Both the position numbers and the translations under genes were made by a program. From a bacterium (lineage in GTDB: Bacteria; Arandabacterota; Arandabacteria; Arandabacterales; JALGWA01): a DNA stretch of 12,225 bases. Below the pieces are notes generated by a model. That model was given only the letters and a program-made list of their open reading frames with translations. It was not told the origin of the DNA and searched no databases. The DNA lies in the NCBI GenBank assembly GCA_050125095.1, contig JASFEA010000093.1, forward strand, positions 1-12,225, written 5' to 3'. This document shows, one piece after another, positions 1-5,839 of the stretch. Within the stretch, counting starts at the first letter, position 1. Each line of letters starts with the position of its first letter.

Positions 1-2
1 CC

Positions 3-1538
3 GACAGATTGAGGACGCTTCTCCAGCAGGGACTGGGTCTTATTCTCATATCGGCTGCGCTGTTCATCGTAATCCGCTTCGGCGGCGACACGGCTGCGGT
101 CGCGGTCAAGGACCCATTGCTGGCCGGTGCGCTGGCGGGGGTATGGAGCACATTCACGGCCGATTTCCTGAGGTGGGTGTTCGTTTTATGCGGGTTCGGG
201 CTGGTGCTGGCAGCGGGCGCGACATCCCTGCTCGGGAAATTCCGCCCGGTCGACCTCGCCCGGCTCGCCTGGCGCGCGCTGGCCCTGAGGCCGCAGAACG
301 CCGCATTGAATATGCTCAGGGGGCTGGCGCTGGTAGGCGTCGGGCTTCTCCTGGTCTTATACCCGCTCGGCGTACTCATTACGCTCGCATTCCTCTCAGG
401 CATATGCATCGGGTTCGTGGGGCTGGGCGAGATATTCGCGATGCTGCTCTCCGGGATTCGCCCGGCTTCGATAGACACCCGCGCGGCCGCGGCGAGGCCG
501 TCCGCCCTACGCGAGCTCACGCTGGTCGGCGCGGTTGCCGCGGTCATAATCGCCGCGGGCATCGTGTTCCTCCACCGCTCATCCGGAACGACCGCGCAGG
601 CGGTAACGGTCGGGACATGCAATGGACACAGCGAGCTCTGCGACCGCCGGCTCGATGAAATCGTGTTCGCGGGCACGCACAATTCCATGGGCGCGGCCGA
701 CATTTCCGACTGGATGTTCGCCAACCAGGAGCGCGGCATCATCCAGCAGCTCGAGGACGGCATACGCGCGCTTCTCATCGACGCTCACCCGGCTGCCCCG
801 GCGGGCGACAGGGTCAAGACGCTCCTGGAGGACGAGAGCCAGGCGAGAGCAACCTACGAGGAGGTGCTGGGCAAGGAGGGAGTGGACGCGGCCATGCGCA
901 TCCGGGACCGCCTGGTGGGAGTGGAAGAGGGTGAGCCCGGAGTCTACCTCTGTCACGGGTTCTGCGAGCTGGGCGCGCTGGACATGACGGCCATGCTCAG
1001 GAAGATCAGGACTTTCCTCGTAGCCAATCCCAATGAGGTTCTCATAATCGTAATCCAGGACGAGGGCGTGCCGCCCGGTGACATCGAGAAGTGCTTCGAG
1101 GAGAGCGGACTCATAGATTTCGTATACAGAGGCCCGGCAGAACCGCCATGGCCCACCCTCAGGGAAATGGTGGCAAGCGACGGGCGCGTCCTGGTCATGG
1201 CCGAGCACGACAGTGAGGGCGTGGCATGGTACCACGACGCATATACGGTAATGCAGGAGACGCCTTACCGCTTCCATGACCCGGACGAGTTCTCATGCGC
1301 ACCCAACCGTGGCGGCACAGAAGGTTCCCTCCTCCTCATGAACCACTGGATCGAGACAGCTCCCAATCCCCTCCCCACGAACGCCGAGGTCGTGAACGCA
1401 TATGACTTCCTGCTGGCGCGCGCCCGCCGGTGCGAAAAAGAGCGGGGAATGCTCCCCAACATCATCGCCGTCGACTTCTACAGGACGGGCGGACTCCTCG
1501 ATGTCGCAGCCACCCTCAATGGAGTAATTTCAAAGTAA
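3..1538 (+). CDS. Membrane-anchored PI-PLC-like (phosphatidylinositol-specific phospholipase C superfamily) phosphodiesterase, 5' truncated
   Basis: The frame is open from the window edge (GAC AGA TTG...), so the TTG at 9 is probably not the real start. Several hydrophobic TM segments precede a soluble domain with CNGHSELCDRRLDEIVFAGTHNS (first catalytic His), NQERGIIQQLEDGIRALLID, YLCHGFCELG (second His), NPNEVLII, LLLMNHW and PNIIAVDFY, all typical of PI-PLC-like catalytic domains. Stop TAA at 1536-1538. Confidence 0.85.
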   Translation, partial: DRLRTLLQQGLGLILISAALFIVIRFGGDTAAVAVKDPLLAGALAGVWSTFTADFLRWVFVLCGFGLVLAAGATSLLGKFRPVDLARLAWRALALRPQNAALNMLRGLALVGVGLLLVLYPLGVLITLAFLSGICIGFVGLGEIFAMLLSGIRPASIDTRAAAARPSALRELTLVGAVAAVIIAAGIVFLHRSSGTTAQAVTVGTCNGHSELCDRRLDEIVFAGTHNSMGAADISDWMFANQERGIIQQLEDGIRALLIDAHPAAPAGDRVKTLLEDESQARATYEEVLGKEGVDAAMRIRDRLVGVEEGEPGVYLCHGFCELGALDMTAMLRKIRTFLVANPNEVLIIVIQDEGVPPGDIEKCFEESGLIDFVYRGPAEPPWPTLREMVASDGRVLVMAEHDSEGVAWYHDAYTVMQETPYRFHDPDEFSCAPNRGGTEGSLLLMNHWIETAPNPLPTNAEVVNAYDFLLARARRCEKERGMLPNIIAVDFYRTGGLLDVAATLNGVISK

Positions 1539-1553
1539 TTTCTAAAATCTATA

Positions 1554-1582
1554 TTGACATATCTCGAATCATTTTATATACT
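1554..1582 (+). promoter_or_regulatory. Sigma70-type promoter for the hypothetical/ArsR-DUF2087 unit
   Basis: TTGACA (1554-1559), 17-nt spacer, TATACT (1577-1582), in an AT-rich gap 40 nt upstream of ATG 1623. Confidence 0.85.
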
Positions 1583-1622
1583 GGCACATACACGTTTCGA
1601 CTTGAGCGAAAGGCGGATCATC

Positions 1623-1904
1623 ATGGAATTGTCCGGTGAATGGTGTGATTACAAAGACAGGTTCGACGAGATCAGGGCTCTGGGCGCAACCCATGCCGAA
1701 CAGCTGGCCATCGCGTTCGGCGACCTGACGCGCCTGATTATCGAGGACTCGGTTCGGCAGGTCGAGCTCGCACGGGCTTCGCAGGATGGTGAAGAAGCGG
1801 TCAAACAGCAGATCAAGCTCGAGACCATGAAGCACGCGCGCGGGCTATTCGGGACATGCTACTGGCATATAACGGGAACGCGGGCCTGGGATGAAGAAGA
1901 ATAG
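1623..1904 (+). CDS. Hypothetical small, probably alpha-helical protein (93 aa)
   Basis: ATG at 1623 is preceded by GAAAGG (1608-1613). The track's TTG start at 1554 is actually the -35 box. Protein MELSGEWCDY...RAWDEEE. It overlaps the next gene by 14 nt. Confidence 0.75.
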   Translation: MELSGEWCDYKDRFDEIRALGATHAEQLAIAFGDLTRLIIEDSVRQVELARASQDGEEAVKQQIKLETMKHARGLFGTCYWHITGTRAWDEEE

Positions 1905-2469
1905 CGCCGAGGAGAACCTGGAGGCAAGGGCCGGCCTTCTGAAGGTCCTTGGCCACCCGGCCCGCATCCTCATTCTCAACCTGCTTAAGAAAAAGCCCAG
2001 ACACGGGGAGGAACTGGCCGCGATTCTCAGGCTCAACCAGGCGACTGTCTCGCACCATCTCTCCAGGCTGGCCGATGCCGGCCTCGTGGTATCCGAAAGG
2101 TCCCAGTACTACCAGACCTACTCCCTGACCGGAAATCATCTGGGGAAGACGCTGAGCGAGCTCATCTTTCTACCGCAGCCCGGAGTCCCGGCGCGGGTCA
2201 AGGAGGACGCCTATCGCGCCAAGGTCCTGAAGACATTCATGAGGCGCGGACGCATTACCCGCCTCCCGGCCCAGCTCAAGAAACGGCAGGTCATACTCGC
2301 CGAGCTGGCCCGGGAGTTCGAACCCGGCCGCGACTACCCCGAGCGCGAAGTGAACCGAATCCTAGTCGAGTTCCATGACGACGTCGCCACACTGAGGCGC
2401 GAACTGGTCGGCCTTGGATTCATGGAACGCGCGCGGAACATATACCGCAGAACGGCAGCCGCCGAGTAG
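1891..2469 (+). CDS. ArsR/SmtB-family HTH transcriptional regulator fused to a C-terminal DUF2087-like domain
   Basis: N-terminal LLKVLGHPARILILNLL...ELAAILRLNQATVSHHLSRLADAGLV is an ArsR winged helix. C-terminal ITRLPAQLKKRQVIL...FEPGRDYPEREVNRIL...DDVATLRRELV...FMER matches the DUF2087 pattern. Confidence 0.9.
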   Translation: MKKNSAEENLEARAGLLKVLGHPARILILNLLKKKPRHGEELAAILRLNQATVSHHLSRLADAGLVVSERSQYYQTYSLTGNHLGKTLSELIFLPQPGVPARVKEDAYRAKVLKTFMRRGRITRLPAQLKKRQVILAELAREFEPGRDYPEREVNRILVEFHDDVATLRRELVGLGFMERARNIYRRTAAAE

Positions 2470-2586
2470 GGGCCCCACCCTCCCTCACTGTCTCCACCGG
2501 GGCCCGCATCTCTTATTGCTTGATGTCCGGCCGCCTAAATGCCATAGATATGAGAAATACATGACAGATAGAGGAGGCAATGCCGT

Positions 2587-3789
2587 ATGGGTAACGCCCT
2601 TATCACCTCTCCCGCTGGTGTACTGGCCGTACTGGCCGGAGTGACGTCGCTTTTTTTCTTTCTTGAGAAGAAGACCGGGCTGAAGCTCTTCAATTATTTC
2701 CCGCCCCTCATCTTCATCTACCTGGTGCCCGTATTGCTCTCAAACACCGGCGTCATACCCAACAATTCCCCGGTTTACTCGTTCATGAGGCAGAGCGTAC
2801 TCCCCATGTTTCTCGTCCTCATGCTGCTCAATGTCGATTTCCTTGCGACGGTCCGGGCCATGGGCCGGGGAGTGATAGTGATGCTGCTCGGCACCCTGGG
2901 GGTGGTTGTGGGCGCGCCCATAGCCCTGTTCCTCGTAAGGCACGGCCTGCGGTCGCTGGGCCCGGACGCATGGAAAGGGTACGGGGCGCTCGCGGGGAGC
3001 TGGATCGGGGGCACAGGCAACATGGCGGCGACCGCCGTCGCCCTCGGACTCGATGACAAGAGCCTGGCCTTCGGCTACGGTCTGCTGTCGGACAACGCCG
3101 TCTATCTCGTCTGGCTCCCGCTTCTCCTGATGTCCAAGAACTTCGCGGGCTGGTTCCACAGGTTCACCGGCGTGCCCGACGGGCACGTGGAATCCGTTCG
3201 CGAAGCGGCAGGCAAGATCAAGGTGGACTCCACGGCCCCCGGCATGGTCGACTACCTCTACCTGGCTTTCATCGGCTTCGGCGTGACCGCCATTTCCGCC
3301 TGGCTGGCGGGCTACCTGCCGGAGATCCCTAGGGGCCCGGAGGCCACTCCGTTCATCACCACGGGCACCTGGAACATACTCATCGTGACCTTGTTCGGCA
3401 TAATGCTGTCCCTGACGAGGGTTAGCCGCATACCCGGCTCCCATGCGCTCTCAATGGCGCTCGTCTACCTTTTCGTCGCGAGGATGGGGGCGATCGCCGA
3501 CCTGTCGCGGCTCGACTCTTCCATTCTGTGGTTCCTTCTCGGGGCCTACATCTGGATATTCATTCACGGTTTCTTCCTCGTCGGCGCGGCAAGGCTATTC
3601 AAGGTCGACGTTCACACCACCGCCATCGCGTCCGCGGCCAACATCGGGGGAGCCGCTTCGGCGCCCATTGTCGCCGCCCACCACAATCCCGTGCTGGTGC
3701 CGGTTGCGATACTGATGGCCCTCATAGGGTACGCAATAGGGAATCCCGCAGCCATATTCACGGGGCTCTTGTGTAAGTGGGTTTGGTAG
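2587..3789 (+). CDS. DUF819-family integral membrane protein (putative transporter)
   Basis: SD AGGAGG at 2572-2577, 9 nt before the ATG. 400 aa with about 11-12 hydrophobic segments, and motifs LAGSWIGGTGNMAA and IASAANIGGAASAPIVA...LVPVAILMALIGYAIGN characteristic of DUF819. Confidence 0.88.
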   Translation: MGNALITSPAGVLAVLAGVTSLFFFLEKKTGLKLFNYFPPLIFIYLVPVLLSNTGVIPNNSPVYSFMRQSVLPMFLVLMLLNVDFLATVRAMGRGVIVMLLGTLGVVVGAPIALFLVRHGLRSLGPDAWKGYGALAGSWIGGTGNMAATAVALGLDDKSLAFGYGLLSDNAVYLVWLPLLLMSKNFAGWFHRFTGVPDGHVESVREAAGKIKVDSTAPGMVDYLYLAFIGFGVTAISAWLAGYLPEIPRGPEATPFITTGTWNILIVTLFGIMLSLTRVSRIPGSHALSMALVYLFVARMGAIADLSRLDSSILWFLLGAYIWIFIHGFFLVGAARLFKVDVHTTAIASAANIGGAASAPIVAAHHNPVLVPVAILMALIGYAIGNPAAIFTGLLCKWVW

Positions 3790-3827
3790 GCGCGTGGGGC
3801 GGGCCCGCGGGGGCGGCCCTTAAGCCG

Positions 3828-3848
3828 TGCCGGTCCGCCGGGCCGGCA
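3828..3848. terminator. GC-rich hairpin between convergent genes; possible terminator element
   Basis: TGCCGGTCC-GCC-GGGCCGGCA (one G-U pair on the + strand) in the 76-nt gap between the convergent stops at 3789 and 3866. No U-tract. Confidence 0.35.
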
Positions 3849-3865
3849 GGCGGCGGTTCGCGCCC

Positions 3866-5548
3866 CTAGTTGATTAGCACCATGCGCATCGTATCGACCC
3901 GGTCACCGGCTCTAAGGCGGCAGTAGTAGACGCCGGAAGGCAGGCGCCCGGGATCGAACACCACGCGGTGACCTCCGGGAGGCATCTCTTCCCCGCCAAG
4001 CAGCCTCTTTACGAGCCGGCCCGCCGTGTCGTAGACGGACAGGTTCACCGCCGAGGTCACGGGCAGGCTGAAAGCGATCGTCGTCCTGTCAACGAATGGA
4101 TTGGGGGTGTTCTGGGACAGGCTGAATACGTCGGGCGCGATGTCATCGTGCTCTACTCCCGCGAGATCCGCCACATGTATGGTGACCGGTATCTCCAGGA
4201 GGCTATCGTCGGCGTCGTCGCTGGCAATGGATATCGTCGTGGTGTCATCGATCTCGGCGGTGCCCGAGGTGTAGCCTATCCTGACGTACTCGAACGTCCT
4301 CGCGTCAAGTGCCGTGGCGTACTTGCTCGCGGAGAAGCCGGGGTTGGAGGAGGTTATCGAACTCACATGCAGACTGTCGTCCCCGCCGTTAATGATGGCG
4401 AAATAGTAATGGGCGGTCGAATCGAAGCCAATGGTGCCCATGTCTATTTCAGCAGGGCAAATCACTATCTCCGGCTCCACCGACCGCACCGCCGTCCCGA
4501 AGAAGCTCGATATGCGCTCTGAGAATTCCGGGTGGTCAATAAAGGGATTGCGATTGTGCTGCAGCGCGTAGATGTCTTCGTTTCGCAGACTCTCAAGGCT
4601 GTCAACCGGATCCGAAATGTGCCAGTTCCTGAAGTGTGCCTCCATCTTGGCGGAGTCCACGTACTCGTTGTAAGCGCCGTCATAACGGATGATGTAGTAG
4701 AAGTGAGAGCGCGCCACATTGCCCTTGTGCGCGTCCCGCGGCTCGAAGACCTGCTGGCTCGTCGAGTCGTAACCCAGCTTGGACCCGCCCTGGCTCCATG
4801 TCACCGTGCTTACAACGCCGAAGTCGAGGTTGGCGCGCATGCTGTTGGCCGTCATGTCCGAAGGATAGAGATGGAAGAGGTCCGACCTCATGGGCTCGGC
4901 TTCGTCGGAGAAACTCTGGGGCCAGGTGTGCTCGCAGTTGAAGTTATTGGCCGTCGCCCCAGCTCTGGTATTGAAATACGCCGTCCTTCCCGTGTACACG
5001 CATTCTACCCAGCCGTCGTGATTGTCTATACTGCCGTACATGTGGTCGCGGGCAAGCGTGTAACCGAGGCCGGTGTGGTCGTCTATGATGCCCGTGAGTG
5101 CCGTCTTGAGGTCTTCCGCCCAGAGGTTCTGAGTGGCGCTGTAATAGGCGCCCGGATGATGGGCCCCGGCCGACACTTCGGCGACGAGGGGGCGGACTCC
5201 ATCGCTGAGCTCAACCCGGAGGAACTCCTTGAAGTCGAGGTTCTGGTCGGAGGCGAAGTAGACGTCGAAGAACTCGGTTTCGAGAGGCTGTATCTCCATG
5301 GGCGCGAGATCGGTGAAAAACGCGTCGCCCGTCATACCGACCCCGGTTATTTCGATCGGCACGCTGAGAGAATTGGTTATGGACATCGCAACCGATGTCG
5401 TCTCCCCCGTCGTTACGGTCCCGAACGCCACCAGGCTGTCTGACAGCGAGACCGAGTTCCAGTCGGCCGCCACTCCGGCCGTCGTACCCAGGAGGAGGCC
5501 GAGCGCCAGCCCGGCGGCCGCTGAATGCCTTCTGATGATCGTATCCAT
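3866..5548 (-). CDS. Secreted endonuclease I family (Bsn/EndA-like) nuclease with flanking Ig-like domains and a T9SS-type-A/FlgD-Ig-like C-terminal domain
   Basis: Signal peptide (MDTIIRRHSAAAGLALGLLLGTTAGVAA|DW). Catalytic motifs NCEHTWPQS, RSDLFHLYPSD...NSMRANLDFG, FEPRDAHKGNVARSHFYY and RNPFIDHPE. Ig-like segments lie on both sides. The tail reads SLSQNTPNPF...TTIAFSLP...LSVYDTAGRLV...LPSGVYYCRL. ATG 5548 has AGAAGGG 6 nt upstream; GTG 5554 is an alternative start. Confidence 0.9.
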   Translation of the reverse strand: MDTIIRRHSAAAGLALGLLLGTTAGVAADWNSVSLSDSLVAFGTVTTGETTSVAMSITNSLSVPIEITGVGMTGDAFFTDLAPMEIQPLETEFFDVYFASDQNLDFKEFLRVELSDGVRPLVAEVSAGAHHPGAYYSATQNLWAEDLKTALTGIIDDHTGLGYTLARDHMYGSIDNHDGWVECVYTGRTAYFNTRAGATANNFNCEHTWPQSFSDEAEPMRSDLFHLYPSDMTANSMRANLDFGVVSTVTWSQGGSKLGYDSTSQQVFEPRDAHKGNVARSHFYYIIRYDGAYNEYVDSAKMEAHFRNWHISDPVDSLESLRNEDIYALQHNRNPFIDHPEFSERISSFFGTAVRSVEPEIVICPAEIDMGTIGFDSTAHYYFAIINGGDDSLHVSSITSSNPGFSASKYATALDARTFEYVRIGYTSGTAEIDDTTTISIASDDADDSLLEIPVTIHVADLAGVEHDDIAPDVFSLSQNTPNPFVDRTTIAFSLPVTSAVNLSVYDTAGRLVKRLLGGEEMPPGGHRVVFDPGRLPSGVYYCRLRAGDRVDTMRMVLIN

Positions 5549-5595
5549 GTTCACCCTTCTGTGTTCGCTGCGATTCCGGACCTCAGACCTCTTCT

Positions 5596-5604
5596 ATTAT
5601 AACA
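5596..5604 (-). promoter_or_regulatory. Extended -10 promoter for the nuclease gene
   Basis: The minus strand reads TG-T-TATAAT about 48 nt upstream of the nuclease ATG. The -35 at 17-nt spacing (TTTCGC) is weak, consistent with an extended -10 promoter. Confidence 0.7.
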
Positions 5605-5687
5605 CATTCAGCCACAAAGCGAAACGGGAGCGAGCGCCGCTTCCGGGCCCTTCGAGGCGGAATAATGACGCCTTTTGATGATACATT

Positions 5688-5709
5688 TTTATGTAACTGC
5701 TTACATAAA
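5688..5709. promoter_or_regulatory. 22-bp inverted repeat, putative transcription factor operator
   Basis: TTTATGTAA-CTGC-TTACATAAA has perfect 9-bp arms and lies in the AT-rich middle of a divergent intergenic region. Confidence 0.6.
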
Positions 5710-5839
5710 TTTCTCATACCCAAAACGCGCATCTGTGGGTATAGTCTCGGCAGGTGCCATCCCCTGACCACCTGAAGCAACTCCTCCACGCCAAGACCCC
5801 TGGAAACGCGGATTTCAAACTCACTTGAGGGAGGTAGAC

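Noticed and set aside
1554..1622. N-terminal extension of the hypothetical protein from TTG 1554
   Set aside because: The TTG is the -35 hexamer and lies upstream of the predicted transcription start. ATG 1623 has an SD.
2414..2644. 76-aa ORF and G/C runs bridging the ArsR and DUF819 genes (leader peptide or attenuator)
   Set aside because: It overlaps both neighbours out of frame and has no SD. The GGGCCCC/GGGGCCC arms have a long loop and no U-tract, so no structure can be supported.
5611..5665. Possible c-di-GMP-I riboswitch-like sequence (CACAAAGCGAAAC...CTTCCGGGCC)
   Set aside because: Only superficial similarity: no GNRA-capped P2 stem or GACGCAAA junction could be built, and it lies upstream of the likely + strand promoter. 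An Rfam cmscan would settle it.
5680..5712. Palindrome as a dif/Xer site or transposon end
   Set aside because: It has a 4-nt rather than 6-nt centre, no proper XerD arm (TTATGTTAAAT), and there is no recombinase or transposase nearby.
5777..5806. GCAACT as a second ECF promoter upstream of the DUF362 gene
   Set aside because: No GTC/TCT -10 element at 16-17 nt spacing.
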